The notes under the pieces: generated by a model
Told to the model about the DNA's origin: nothing
The model's database searches: none
Seen by the model: only the letters and a program-made list of their open reading frames with translations
Sequence record: SRR31156797_916
Length of the DNA: 64,000 nt
Direction: 5' to 3' (one strand)
Position numbers and translations under genes: made by a program
In this document: positions 1 through 10,751 of the stretch, piece after piece
How positions within the stretch are numbered: the stretch's first letter is position 1
How the letters are laid out: every line of letters begins with the position of its first letter

Positions 1-60
1 CTTTCGCACAAACTTTTTTAATCATCCCAGTGGGTATATTTTGATTAAAAAAGTTGATGC

Positions 61-1065
61 TCATTTCCTTTTGTTATCAATGATCTTGCTATCCACCCAG
101 TAAATATCATTTCGTCCCATTCCCGGATATTTGTATGAGTTGATGAATTCATCCTTGATTTTTTGGTAGGTCAATTTTTCGCCTGACTTTTCTTGTGCTG
201 TAATATGGCTTGATGTAAAGAAAAAATACTTGCCATCCGGATCAACCATCGGGCAGAATTCATTCCCGGTTTTATTAATTTCTTCCCCCATATTTTGAGG
301 AATACTCCATTCGCCGTCACTTTTGAATGTAATGTACAGCCCATTGCCGGCAGGTCTGCCATAGGTTCGGAAGATCATATAATCTTCATCCGGTGAAATA
401 AAAAGATCTCCCTCCCAGTATTTGTTAATCGTTTCACCTAATTTTACACTCGGCTCAAAACTACTCCCATTGCTTTTGGCATAATAGATGTCCCGGTTAT
501 TTCCGCCCCCTCTTCCGGATGAAAAGTATATGGTTCCTTCTTTTGTAAGGCAAGGATAAATATCATCCTTGTCGGAATTAACGTCAGAGTCTAAGTGTTC
601 CGGATTAGCCCATTCACCATTGATATTTTCCACGCGCCAGATATCCCAGTCCGTTTTTGGTGTTTGCAGGCTGTCGATGGGACGTTTGGACACATAGTAC
701 AAGTATTTTCCATCAGCCGTAATAAAGGGGTCTGCTTCGGAGTATTCACCCGAAAAACTTGCAACTTCCGGCGCTGACCATTGCTTTCCGTTGTATTTCA
801 TGGACATGATCACGAAATTACGGCTGGGCATAACAACTGAGAATAAAAATTCCTTATAGTCAGGAGAAAAACAAGCATTAATTTCTGACATTCCGGTTGA
901 TACAATATTGGGAGCAAATATTTCCGGAATTAATCCGGGTTCTTTTTGTCCTATGTATTTCCCTGTCAACACAGGGAAGGTTTCATTTGTTTGTTTTTCT
1001 TCTTTATTGCTGCTACATCCAACAAACAGGAAAATAGCAATTATCAGACTCCAGTATTTTATCAT
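61..1065 (-). CDS. PD40/TolB-like beta-propeller lipoprotein
   Basis: Lipoprotein signal (LFVGC); repeated propeller-blade motifs FSPDYKE, PFITADGKYLYY, FISPDEDYMIF, PMVDPDGKYFFF. Confidence 0.8.
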   Translation of the reverse strand: MIKYWSLIIAIFLFVGCSSNKEEKQTNETFPVLTGKYIGQKEPGLIPEIFAPNIVSTGMSEINACFSPDYKEFLFSVVMPSRNFVIMSMKYNGKQWSAPEVASFSGEYSEADPFITADGKYLYYVSKRPIDSLQTPKTDWDIWRVENINGEWANPEHLDSDVNSDKDDIYPCLTKEGTIYFSSGRGGGNNRDIYYAKSNGSSFEPSVKLGETINKYWEGDLFISPDEDYMIFRTYGRPAGNGLYITFKSDGEWSIPQNMGEEINKTGNEFCPMVDPDGKYFFFTSSHITAQEKSGEKLTYQKIKDEFINSYKYPGMGRNDIYWVDSKIIDNKRK

Positions 1066-1126
1066 TTCGTTATGTTTTTGAATTTATTTTCTGTAGATGT
1101 TGGGATTGGTTTTCATATTTTCATTT

Positions 1127-1810
1127 TCACAATAAATACCCCAATAAGTTATCTAAAACATTTATCATGCTATGTGCGATCATTGCAGGAAATATTGAAC
1201 CCGTCTTTATTCTCAATCAACTTAAGCCAAGTCCGGCAGAAAATGTAAAAAGAAATATGCTTAATCCTTCATTGAAGCTTTCCACATGTAATAGGTGGGC
1301 AATAGCAAAAGGAAACGCTTGTAAGATTACAATTGTCCAGATTTTTAAATTGGACGAACCTGATTGTTTAACATAGTACATTAGAAAACTAAGAACTGCA
1401 CCTCTCAAACCAATTTCTTCTGAAAAACTTGGCATTGTCAACTCAAACAGGTAATATTATAATCCTGAGTTTACCATAGGCTCATTTGATAACATTGAAG
1501 TAAAAAGATTCCATATGGAAAATAACAGGCCAATAAAAATCGTGTATTTCAACCAATTTTTATCCTTTGGTTTTGTTAAGGCCAGTAGTTGTCGGGGTGC
1601 TTGGAAAAAGTATGCAAAAAAAAGAATAGCTATGGCACTTACAATTTGCTGCACCCATCCCATTTTGAAATCCAGTTGCAATGCTTTCTGAATTTCTGAT
1701 CCAAAAATTGCCGCACAGATATAAACTATGAAGAATAATAAAGCCCAAATCAACGGTTTTTTTCTTTCCTTCGTTAATGATCTGATGCCTATGTAATTTC
1801 TAATATCCAT
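1127..1810 (-). pseudogene. CPBP (CAAX protease-like/Abi) intramembrane metalloprotease interrupted by two in-frame stops
   Basis: ORFs 1457..1810 and 1217..1441 share one frame. Reading through TAA (1457-1459) and TGA (1217-1219) gives EEIGLRG, FAIAH and LRIKTGSIFPAMIAHSMIN motifs, ending at TGA 1127-1129. Confidence 0.8.
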
Positions 1811-1973
1811 ATTATGGTTTTGAGTAACGATTTGGTTATGAATTGTGGCAAAACTAAAGCCTGCATATTTATCTTAATTATTAAATAGGCTGATGCTGAC
1901 TCCTATTATTGATAAAATCACCGATAGAGAACTTTATTCGTGATTATTAAGCTGATGAAACCAACCAATAATA

Positions 1974-2082
1974 GACCCCCTCTAACTCCCCCTGCAGGGT
2001 GAGAATGCCGCCCCACATGGCAACCTTGTGACCAGTGTGTGAGGCTCCCTTCCCTTGCAGGGGAAGGGCTGGGGATGGAGTC
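1974..2082. repeat. Pair of inverted GC-rich REP-like palindromic elements
   Basis: GACCCCCTCTAACTCCCCCTGCAGGGTGAGAA (1974-2005) and an inverted related copy CTCCCTTCCCTTGCAGGGGAAGGGCTGGGGATGGAGTC (2045-2082) in an AT-rich intergenic region. Confidence 0.6.
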
Positions 2083-2121
2083 AGTATGGAGTTTTATAAA
2101 AATCAATGTAAATAATTACCC

Positions 2122-4056
2122 TTATTCTATAATTTGCATCTTACTGCTAATTATTCCTTCATCTGCGATCAATCGGTAATAGTATACCCCAGTAAGTAAT
2201 TTACCTCTGTTAAAACTAATTTGATGCTTACCCCTTTCATAGATCTTATCAGTTAGCGTAAAAAGTTTATTACCCAACTGATTGTAAATACAAACTTTGG
2301 CATGCTGGGTTTTTTTCAAATCAAATTCGATAACTGTATTTCCTGAGAATGGATTGGGATAATTCCGCATCAACTTATTCTCACACTCATTATAACTTAA
2401 TTCATCTATCCCAACAATAATTTCAGGGTCCTGCATTAATATCCAATCGTTGGGGTCAATCTCAAAATCATCTTCAATGCTTATTGGAATGCTTCCGTAT
2501 CCATTATCCATTTCTACTGTATACTCTTCACCATTAATTGTGATTGGAACATTTAGATCCAATGGAACATTCTGCTCGGTTAACCATTCAAAATTAGTTT
2601 GCTCAGCTTGTTTGTTTACCCTCAACTGTGGGAAGCCGGCTTCCCGATAAAATACCGACCAGAATGGGTCTAACTCAACACCTGTAACCTCCTCTGCCTG
2701 GATTTTTAAACCTTCCGTATCGACCAATCTACACTGTCTTCCATCTTCATTTCCCAGATCATCAGGATCAGGATATGCCCATCTTTTTAACAGTTCAAAG
2801 AATTGATCGTCGCCTAAATGATATCTTAAAGTGTGCATTACACGGGCTCCTCTGCTGTAAGGATCAAGGAAATCAAATGCATTTGAAGCAGTCATCTCTT
2901 CATATGGAGCCAATGGAGAAGGGCCAGGATAAGGTTGATGACCTCTCATAAAATTGAAATAGGCTTCCGTACCGGATAAATGCTCCACATATAAAGCCTC
3001 TGTGTAGGTTGCAATTCCTTCGTGTATCCAAACATCGGCCCAGTTACTGGCAGTCAATAAATTGCCCCACCATTCGTGGGCTAATTCATGCAAATGAATG
3101 TAGTCGTATCCCCATTCATTGGTGGTAAAATCATGACCATATGCAATAATAGATTGATGCTCCATCCCCCAATAAGGAGCATGTGCCCAACCGTGTTTAT
3201 CTGTTCCGAAAGGAAAAGGACCACAAATTTCTTCCAGGAAATCAAATTCCTGTTGAAAAACATCCATATAATCTACCGCAGTTTCATAATATTCGGGTAA
3301 AACCCAAAATCTAAAAGGAATGTCATTGCCAATTGTACTTTCATATTCATCCTCGATCAATAAAAATTCTGCAGCGTAAAATGTCACATTATAATTATTA
3401 ATAGGAACAGAAACAAACCAATTATAGGTTGATGTATTGTCGCCATTATCCTCAGATCCCAAGTACTGCCCATTGGAAACACATACCAAAGGATTAGGTA
3501 CCGTAAAACTAATATTCATAGAATCCGGTTCATCCGATGGGTGATCTTTACACGGCCACCAAATATCTCCTCCCTCAAACTGGCAAGCCACTCCTAACCA
3601 ATCCTGGCCTCCGGATGCAGTTTCCCAGACAAAACCGGCATCCCAGGGCGGCCCCTGGGAAATTTTAGGTGTACCGTTATAGTATATTTTGCAGCTCACC
3701 ATATCATCCGTGTTAACAACCTCGGGAATATCAATTTCCAGGAGTTCGTTTTGATGACTAAAACTTACTTGCTGAAAAGTTGAATTGTTAATGCTCATTT
3801 CGATATTTGAAACAAAAAATACATCATCAAGATCCAATAAAAGTATGTCGACAGGATTGACAATAACAACATTGCAGAGTAGTGTACCATCTATGGTCTG
3901 GGTCTCAGAATCGATACTCAAATCTAAATAGTAATAGGTCACATCATAGGCTGCCTGTTCTGGTTTTAAGGGGCCTCCTGAATCTGCAAAGGAAATGGTT
4001 GAAAATGCAAAAACAATGCATGTGATGAAGAAAAATTGAAGGATTGAAGCTTTCAT
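2122..4056 (-). CDS. M1 family zinc aminopeptidase with T9SS C-terminal sorting domain
   Basis: Signal peptide; GMEH (GxMEN-like) and HELAHEWWG...HEG zinc motif; CTD NYPNPFS...GVYYYRL...KMQIIE. Confidence 0.9.
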   Translation of the reverse strand: MKASILQFFFITCIVFAFSTISFADSGGPLKPEQAAYDVTYYYLDLSIDSETQTIDGTLLCNVVIVNPVDILLLDLDDVFFVSNIEMSINNSTFQQVSFSHQNELLEIDIPEVVNTDDMVSCKIYYNGTPKISQGPPWDAGFVWETASGGQDWLGVACQFEGGDIWWPCKDHPSDEPDSMNISFTVPNPLVCVSNGQYLGSEDNGDNTSTYNWFVSVPINNYNVTFYAAEFLLIEDEYESTIGNDIPFRFWVLPEYYETAVDYMDVFQQEFDFLEEICGPFPFGTDKHGWAHAPYWGMEHQSIIAYGHDFTTNEWGYDYIHLHELAHEWWGNLLTASNWADVWIHEGIATYTEALYVEHLSGTEAYFNFMRGHQPYPGPSPLAPYEEMTASNAFDFLDPYSRGARVMHTLRYHLGDDQFFELLKRWAYPDPDDLGNEDGRQCRLVDTEGLKIQAEEVTGVELDPFWSVFYREAGFPQLRVNKQAEQTNFEWLTEQNVPLDLNVPITINGEEYTVEMDNGYGSIPISIEDDFEIDPNDWILMQDPEIIVGIDELSYNECENKLMRNYPNPFSGNTVIEFDLKKTQHAKVCIYNQLGNKLFTLTDKIYERGKHQISFNRGKLLTGVYYYRLIADEGIISSKMQIIE

Positions 4057-4157
4057 AAGATTATTATTTTAAATGGTTTATCAATAGTGTTGCGTCTTGG
4101 TTAATTTGATTTCAGCTGATTTTAATTTTGTTCTTTGTACTAAGTACATATTTTCTA

Positions 4158-5213
4158 TCATTCATCATTACTAAAGAGATAATCAACAGAAGTGTCTAAA
4201 TAATACGACCAGTTTTCCGGGAAACCATGCCCTTCCTCGGGGAAGACCACAAAACGATTTTTGATTCCATAACTATCCAGCTTATATCCCAATTTCTTTT
4301 GTTGCTGAATGGCCCAGTCGCTTTCACCACAAAGCATGGCAACCTTTAAGCCGCGTTCGGCAGATTGAATGAACAGGGTGCTGTCGGTATCCCTGGGGTA
4401 AACCGGAAACGACAAAAGCAGCCCGGAGGCCGGAATTGTATTGCCAAGCCCAAGAACCAAGGAACGATATCCGCCTGCCGAAGGTCCGGCAAGAATAACC
4501 TGCGCGGTATCTACTGAATATTTTGAAATAATATCCTCATAGCCTTGCCTGATTTTTTGCTGCCATCCTTCCATCACAAAACTTCTTAATCCACTCGCCC
4601 TGACTATGCTTCCCTGAAAGTAGGCCACGATAAATTCACTTTTTAGTTTTTCTGAAATGTAGCTGTATTGAATGTCAGGAATACTTCCCCAGCCGCCGTG
4701 CATGATCAGCATGAGCGGATATTTATTGGTTGGGATATAATTGTCGGGCAGTTGCACCATAAACTCAGCTTTGGAGCTTTTGCCAGCTTCATCTTTTAAT
4801 GCCTGGTTTTTTTCCAGAAAAGCCTCATATCCATCCAGCTTTTCCAATTCCGGAATATATGCAGGAAAAGGCCGGTCGCCACTTCTGATATAATAAAACA
4901 TCCCTTCCTGTTGGCCTTGTTTGAGGATATCGAAGCACTTAGTGTACTGTTCTAAGTTTGCGTAATGAACGGATAATTCCCAAACCATTAAATCGAACCT
5001 GATGTGTTCATCCGTAAACTTATCAAGCGCTTCTAAGCACAGCGCAATGGATCTTTGATCATCTGTCGAATTAATTTCTTCCAGCGTTTTTATTAATTCA
5101 ATAAATTCAGTATCCAAAGCTTTAAACGGTAATTCCTTAATTTCCTGCCCATAGGATGCCGCAATGCTTAAAGTGAAAAGGGCTAGCGTTAATATTGTTT
5201 GTAATTGTTTCAT
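4158..5213 (-). CDS. Secreted alpha/beta hydrolase (esterase-like) with helical N-terminal domain
   Basis: Signal peptide; YPLMLIMHGG, GPSAGG nucleophile elbow, GESD, EGHGF. Confidence 0.7.
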   Translation of the reverse strand: MKQLQTILTLALFTLSIAASYGQEIKELPFKALDTEFIELIKTLEEINSTDDQRSIALCLEALDKFTDEHIRFDLMVWELSVHYANLEQYTKCFDILKQGQQEGMFYYIRSGDRPFPAYIPELEKLDGYEAFLEKNQALKDEAGKSSKAEFMVQLPDNYIPTNKYPLMLIMHGGWGSIPDIQYSYISEKLKSEFIVAYFQGSIVRASGLRSFVMEGWQQKIRQGYEDIISKYSVDTAQVILAGPSAGGYRSLVLGLGNTIPASGLLLSFPVYPRDTDSTLFIQSAERGLKVAMLCGESDWAIQQQKKLGYKLDSYGIKNRFVVFPEEGHGFPENWSYYLDTSVDYLFSNDE

Positions 5214-5324
5214 TGTGTTTTTTTGTTTAAAAAATTATTGAACATTCATTCTTTGTCATGTCTTATAGTTCTATTTTTTTGATGGCATCTTCCACGTATC
5301 CAATTCTGTTGCAAAAATGATTGC

Positions 5325-6092
5325 CTAAGAAAAGTTTGATTTAACAGCACCCGCATCAAATGCCGGTGTAGTGTAATGATAATGGATTGGGAAAATGTAG
5401 TTGCCACCAATGGCTTCACGAACAAACCTTTCATTTAAAGAATCACCAATAAGGTAGTAGTGTTGAATAAAGGACAGATCGATGTCCCGATCAAGCAATC
5501 CAAGCGATTGGAATTCTTCAAAGGTAAATTGTTCAAAATCGGCATCTCCGGTTTGAAAAAGGGTAATTCCATTTACCGAAACAAGAAAGCCAATATTTAT
5601 AATTCTCGCATCCGGTCCGTGAGGAAGTAAAAACGTTTCAATGGTGATTCCCTGAATTTCTTTTTTATCCGATTGTTCTTTTGAAGGATTGAAGTCAATT
5701 CTTCGCTCATGAAAATGATCAATGGTATCACGTGCATTAAGCACATCAACAGTTTGTTTCGTAGAAGCAAAAATGGCCTTCGGATTGTTTTTCATATGTT
5801 GAAGCACCATGTTTGAATTAATGTGATCTCCATGGGCATGCGTAACCAAAATCAAATCCACATCATCGAAAGGTGCTTGTGCATTATTTAATTTTTCCTG
5901 AATGTGTTCCGGTAACTGATAGCCCCCTTCGAAACCTTTAAACAGGGCATCAATAAGAATTTTCTTGTTATCGACCTGAATTAAAAAGCCGGCATTTCCA
6001 ACATAGGTAACATTTACCTCATTGCTTTTTTGTGAAAAAATCGTTTTCGCCAAAAGCAAGAATGCAATTAGAATAATTATGGTTTGTTTCAT
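5325..6092 (-). CDS. Secreted MBL-fold metallohydrolase, probably truncated by a premature TAG
   Basis: GNAGFLI, THAHGDH, TGD, PIHY motifs. ATG at 6092 overlaps the upstream stop (ATGA). The frame continues past TAG 5325-5327 for 17 more codons to TAG 5271-5273. Confidence 0.8.
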   Translation of the reverse strand: MKQTIIILIAFLLLAKTIFSQKSNEVNVTYVGNAGFLIQVDNKKILIDALFKGFEGGYQLPEHIQEKLNNAQAPFDDVDLILVTHAHGDHINSNMVLQHMKNNPKAIFASTKQTVDVLNARDTIDHFHERRIDFNPSKEQSDKKEIQGITIETFLLPHGPDARIINIGFLVSVNGITLFQTGDADFEQFTFEEFQSLGLLDRDIDLSFIQHYYLIGDSLNERFVREAIGGNYIFPIHYHYTTPAFDAGAVKSNFS

Positions 6093-7552
6093 TTTGTTAT
6101 TCCTTCCTTTATTAACCAATAGGTATAGTTCAGCACTTTATCGTATCCATTAATGTAATCCTGATAAGTCGGCTCTACCCTGTAATCCGGCAATACACCG
6201 TATTGGTCATCAAAGCCCCCCGGGCGAATACTGTATTGAGCAGAGTTCTGAATATTAATCTTTGTATTGGGTAATTCAAATAGCATGATGCATGCATACA
6301 TGGTTGGATTATCGGAAGTCTCTTCCCCTGCAATCGTTCCAATGTTGTTGTCTTTAATTATAGCAGAAAACAGTGTGCCTGCCGAGAAAGTCTGCTTGCT
6401 TGTTAATACATAAAGTTGCCCCATAAACCGGAGAGGGTTATCTCCAGGAGTGTTTATTTCTTCCGGAAATGTTGTTATGGTTCCAGGGTCGCCTTCTAAA
6501 AAACAATCCACCAGTTTTAGAAATTCTGGTTTGTCACCCTCCGCTTTCCTTGCCTGCTCGATGGCGTTTACCAGAACCGGATGCGTTGTGTAGCATAGTT
6601 TTGTTGCTTCACTGGTTTTTACCTCAGAACCAGCTGTTGTAATATAAGGCTTGTCAGTTAAATAGTTAACCAGAGTACTTACCAGATTTCCATTTCCTCC
6701 TGGATTTACCCTTACATCGATGATCAGATTTTCAATTTTGTTTTTTTGTATTTCCGAAAAAACATGAATCAACAAACTGTCGTATCTGTCAAAATCAAGA
6801 TAGAAAGTATTTAGTTCCAGTAACGCAGTATTCCTAGATGGATCAAGTTTAAATTCAAAATCTTTCTTTTTAATTGATTCTGAGTTACTTTTAATTTGCT
6901 CATTTGTAACTCCACTTATCGTTTTCGTTTGAATTACATTCTCATTTGGTAAAATATAGCTGATTGTGAACTGATCGCTGAAGCCATACAGCAACCACAA
7001 AAACCCTCCCCAGTTGTAAGAAAGTGTTTTTCCGATATATCCGTTTGGTCTCACTCTCAGGTATGGTGTAAATTCATCAACAATGTTACAAACCGGAATG
7101 TGATTAACAGCAATTAATTCAGTGCCTTTAACAAACTCGTCATGGTCCGAATAGTTTTCGTCAATATAGATGTGACTGGAGTAATATTTTATTTTAAACG
7201 GAAATGCCAGGCCACCCGATTTCAAAAACTCCCGATATCCGGCATCACCAAAAACCATGGTGTGGCCTTGCTTTATCAATGCTATGGTTTTGTATAGAAT
7301 TTTGTAATAATCGGTTTTTGACATGGGATTATTTATGGAAGCCCTAAATTCATCGGTTTTTTGCACAAATTCTTGTCTGGGAATATAGGCATACAAATTC
7401 GGATGGGTTTCTTCAAGCGTCGTTAGCAAAAAATCATAATCTTCCAAAAGTAAGCTCTGATCGATAAGATCATTATTTGCGGCATCCTGTCCGAATGATA
7501 TTTTGCTCAGAGCCAAAATTACTATTGCTGTCAACATTAAAATATTTTTCAT
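6089..7552 (-). CDS. S41 family (tail-specific protease-like) peptidase
   Basis: Signal peptide from MKNILML; HPNLY, LIIDVRVNPGGN, TFSAG, GVLPD motifs. Confidence 0.85.
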   Translation of the reverse strand: MKNILMLTAIVILALSKISFGQDAANNDLIDQSLLLEDYDFLLTTLEETHPNLYAYIPRQEFVQKTDEFRASINNPMSKTDYYKILYKTIALIKQGHTMVFGDAGYREFLKSGGLAFPFKIKYYSSHIYIDENYSDHDEFVKGTELIAVNHIPVCNIVDEFTPYLRVRPNGYIGKTLSYNWGGFLWLLYGFSDQFTISYILPNENVIQTKTISGVTNEQIKSNSESIKKKDFEFKLDPSRNTALLELNTFYLDFDRYDSLLIHVFSEIQKNKIENLIIDVRVNPGGNGNLVSTLVNYLTDKPYITTAGSEVKTSEATKLCYTTHPVLVNAIEQARKAEGDKPEFLKLVDCFLEGDPGTITTFPEEINTPGDNPLRFMGQLYVLTSKQTFSAGTLFSAIIKDNNIGTIAGEETSDNPTMYACIMLFELPNTKINIQNSAQYSIRPGGFDDQYGVLPDYRVEPTYQDYINGYDKVLNYTYWLIKEGITK

Positions 7553-7702
7553 TTTTTTGAATTTTAGATTAATACTATCCCAAGTGTAGTAGTTAAATCC
7601 TCTAATAATTTTTAATTGTGACGGATAACCCATTTACTTCGGCATTTAGCGCATTTAAATCAATAAAATGAAATCCAAAAATTAACATGGCATTGCGATT
7701 TA

Positions 7703-8920
7703 TTAGATCATTTCATTTATCATGGTTACTATTTCTTTATCCGTGCTTCCTCTTCCATATCCATAAATAACTTCTCTTATAATCCTATTTTCATCGAGGA
7801 TAAAGAAAACTGGAAAGGATTTTATCGCATAGTTTTTCTTCACTTCCTTGGTTGATAATAAAAAAGTATAATCAAAGTCATTATTATTCATATAACTTTT
7901 AAGCACATTGGTATTTCTGCTCGAACATTCAATGGCCACAAAATCAAAATCTTCTTTTGTATATGCAGTAGATAGTTCTTTCAGGAATGGGATTGAAGCT
8001 TTACAAGGCCCGCAGGCTACACTGGTAAACTGTATCATTACTATTTTACTATTTAAGTCAGTTAATGAGAATGGTTCATTATCGTCAGTTTGTAAAGTCC
8101 AGTCGGGGGCCTCTTTACCAATTAAGAAACTACCTTTTGCCCTTTGTCCTTTCATCCTGTATGGACTGATTGAATATTCATCAGGAAAATAATCTGAAGC
8201 ATTAAAATCGTTTATTTCCATCGTGTTCAGTTCAACATTTTCGCAAGTAGAAATTGAAATCTGGTCAAACATTTCTCTTTTTATTCTGCAGGGTAGATTG
8301 GATGTTTTGTCTATCCAGAGTTCATATGAAGAAGTAGTTTCGCCAAAGTCATACTGATGTCTTGGCATGTAAAATGCTTTCCCAAAAAACTCTACTTTTT
8401 TATCTTCGAAAACCATCAATTTTAGGTAAACGAACTTAGTTGAATCTCTCAGGACCAGCGATATACTATCATTGGTTTCAAGGGCATAATCAAGAATACT
8501 GCTTGCATAATTAAAAAATGGAGGCGTTAATGGTCTGAAGGGCCTGGGATTTATAATAAAACTATCGAGCACAATCCTTTTTTCATCATTGTATACAAGC
8601 GCTCTCATATGACCATCGTAGCAGAATCTAAGCGTTGAAGTATCTGGATAATCGAGTCGTACAAACTTTGAACCTATTGTTGTGTCTGATGGATTATCGA
8701 ATTCTTTCACAAAAGAATAATAAATGCCAGAAGCCGCTGTATCTCCCGGATACCAGTGTTCGGTATGCATATTATATGAGGCGAATTCAATAGTTTCAAG
8801 TTTATTTAAAGCTTTCTTGAGGTAGTCTTTTGATGTATAATCCTCCGTACAGGAAGAAAATAGGAAAATAATTAATGTTAGCACCAGGACTTGTTTAATC
8901 TCTATTTTTAGATATCTCAA
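7703..8920 (-). CDS. Lipoprotein with C-terminal TlpA/redoxin (CxxC) domain
   Basis: Lipobox FSSC; GKEAPDWTL...CGPC...SFPVFFILD. Confidence 0.8.
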   Translation of the reverse strand: MRYLKIEIKQVLVLTLIIFLFSSCTEDYTSKDYLKKALNKLETIEFASYNMHTEHWYPGDTAASGIYYSFVKEFDNPSDTTIGSKFVRLDYPDTSTLRFCYDGHMRALVYNDEKRIVLDSFIINPRPFRPLTPPFFNYASSILDYALETNDSISLVLRDSTKFVYLKLMVFEDKKVEFFGKAFYMPRHQYDFGETTSSYELWIDKTSNLPCRIKREMFDQISISTCENVELNTMEINDFNASDYFPDEYSISPYRMKGQRAKGSFLIGKEAPDWTLQTDDNEPFSLTDLNSKIVMIQFTSVACGPCKASIPFLKELSTAYTKEDFDFVAIECSSRNTNVLKSYMNNNDFDYTFLLSTKEVKKNYAIKSFPVFFILDENRIIREVIYGYGRGSTDKEIVTMINEMI

Positions 8921-8954
8921 TGGAAATGGATTTTATTTATTTCATTTAATTTTC

Positions 8955-10421
8955 CTACTCATTCAGCTCATTCAGGAAACTGATTATTTCACTATCCTCA
9001 GGATTTAATTCCTGGGCCTTTAGTATTGTTTCTTTTGCCAGTGAAAGCTCTTCATTTATTTTATAAGTCTTTGCTAATTCCAACAGTGTTCGCCATGAAT
9101 CCAGGTGCATTTCCAAATTCAATAGCAATAATTGTTTTGATGTTTCGATATCAGCATCAATAAATAGCCTGCTTAAAATGTTTATCTCGTTTTCTTTTAA
9201 TGTAAAGGCTTGTTGATTGTCATTGAAATACGCCTTAGCAGAGCCCATGCCCTCGGATAGCATGATATTTCCTACTTGGGCAATCATAGAATTATCAATG
9301 GAAATCGATTCGATGTATTCATTTGATTGAATAATTAATTTTGAATTTTTATTTGCCCCCGGCTTTGTTTTTAGATAATAATTGAAAAACGCCAGAGCAG
9401 CATTATTTATACAATCATAACCGGCAGATATTGGGTTCCCATTTGAGTTGGATGAGCATCCATTAAAAAAACTCCAAAAAGAGACAAAACCATTGTGACC
9501 TAATGAGGGCATGCGAAAAATATACTTTGCTTTTGAAAGAATGGAATTATAGAATGGATAAACTGAAAAGTTTTCGAAGTTGTTGATCATTAAGCAATAC
9601 GGCACATTCGTTTTACTCAAATCAAAATCGTTACAATTAAAAAGAGAGAGATAATGCCCATATTCCTGGCTGCCATCCATACTAAATACAGCTTTTACGT
9701 TTTTATTCCTCATTTGGAAAATGGAATTTGCCAGGCTCCCTGTGCTAAAACCTATCAACCCCAAACCATTATATTTTATCTTCAAACTATCTTCAAAATA
9801 GCTGAGCATATATTCCATATCAAGCATCTGAGCCATTATACTTTCCGGGTCATTCCTTCTGTGTATAGATTCATTGCCAGCTGACCCCACTGAAATAACC
9901 ATAAAACCATGGCTTGCCAAATACTCACAAATCATATGATTTTGGATGGAAGACTTGCTGTTGGGGGGAGCATAAATAATTAATGGGAATTCCTTATTTG
10001 ATTTTGAAATATCAACTCCATATTGCGCTGCTACCGCACAATCCAATATTTTTTGGGTAGTTATGCTCGTATCCAAACCATAGTGCTTTTTAGCAAATCC
10101 GGCATATGCATTTATAAAGTTGTAACTATTCTCGTCGATTTCTGAAGTGGCTTTATTAAAATCTTCCCGGATTGAAATTAAGTCGATGTAGTTTTTAAAA
10201 TAATAACTGCCCTGATTAGCGTCTTCGTCTGCAGGATACCAAAAATGGATTAGCATTGGCCGGGATATGGTATCCTTATCCAATGTATACTTTCGGGTTT
10301 CGTCAAAAGTTTTGTAATATTCAAAACCTATATGATATGGACCATCTATCACCTCCTGTGAAAAACAAAAACTACTTGATAACATGACGAGCAAGATTGA
10401 GCAGACTACATTAGATTTCAT
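8955..10421 (-). CDS. Secreted alpha/beta hydrolase (PAF-AH/dienelactone hydrolase-like) with C-terminal TPR
   Basis: Signal peptide; RPMLIHFWYP, LASHGFMVI, GFSTG, GHNGF; TPR-like end (KAQELNPED). Confidence 0.7.
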   Translation of the reverse strand: MKSNVVCSILLVMLSSSFCFSQEVIDGPYHIGFEYYKTFDETRKYTLDKDTISRPMLIHFWYPADEDANQGSYYFKNYIDLISIREDFNKATSEIDENSYNFINAYAGFAKKHYGLDTSITTQKILDCAVAAQYGVDISKSNKEFPLIIYAPPNSKSSIQNHMICEYLASHGFMVISVGSAGNESIHRRNDPESIMAQMLDMEYMLSYFEDSLKIKYNGLGLIGFSTGSLANSIFQMRNKNVKAVFSMDGSQEYGHYLSLFNCNDFDLSKTNVPYCLMINNFENFSVYPFYNSILSKAKYIFRMPSLGHNGFVSFWSFFNGCSSNSNGNPISAGYDCINNAALAFFNYYLKTKPGANKNSKLIIQSNEYIESISIDNSMIAQVGNIMLSEGMGSAKAYFNDNQQAFTLKENEINILSRLFIDADIETSKQLLLLNLEMHLDSWRTLLELAKTYKINEELSLAKETILKAQELNPEDSEIISFLNELNE

Positions 10422-10751
10422 TTTTTCAAATTTGAGTTTTATTCAAATAACCCTAATTTCACTGAAGCCAAGCTTTGTGCCGTAAAATGTATTTAACTAT
10501 TAACCTGGTACTTACACTCTAAAACTGATGTGATTATTACAATTTTGTGTTAAGAAAATTTACACTCACTGTACTGGTTATTTACAATCCTTCTCACAAT
10601 AACCAATACGATTTTATTGAAGCGATATCTCTTTAGAGATTGTTTGTGCAAAAGGATATTGTTCTTTATAAATATCAATTCGCTAGTTATGTCATAGATA
10701 AATATGCGAACTAAGTAAAAGTTAAACACTTACCACGGATTTCTTTCATTT

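Noticed and set aside
1822-1870. Possible remnant of an attC-like cassette boundary (TAACG...TTATGAATTGTGGC)
   Set aside because: No matching inverted partner arm, no recurrence between the other accessory genes and no integrase in the window.
1918-2106. 62-aa ORF containing PSPSPAREG
   Set aside because: It is the translation of the REP-like palindromic repeat, not a credible protein.
1217-5327. Alternative genetic code or stop-codon readthrough to explain the in-frame stops
   Set aside because: The three interruptions use three different stop codons, and all three terminate conserved genes normally elsewhere in the window.
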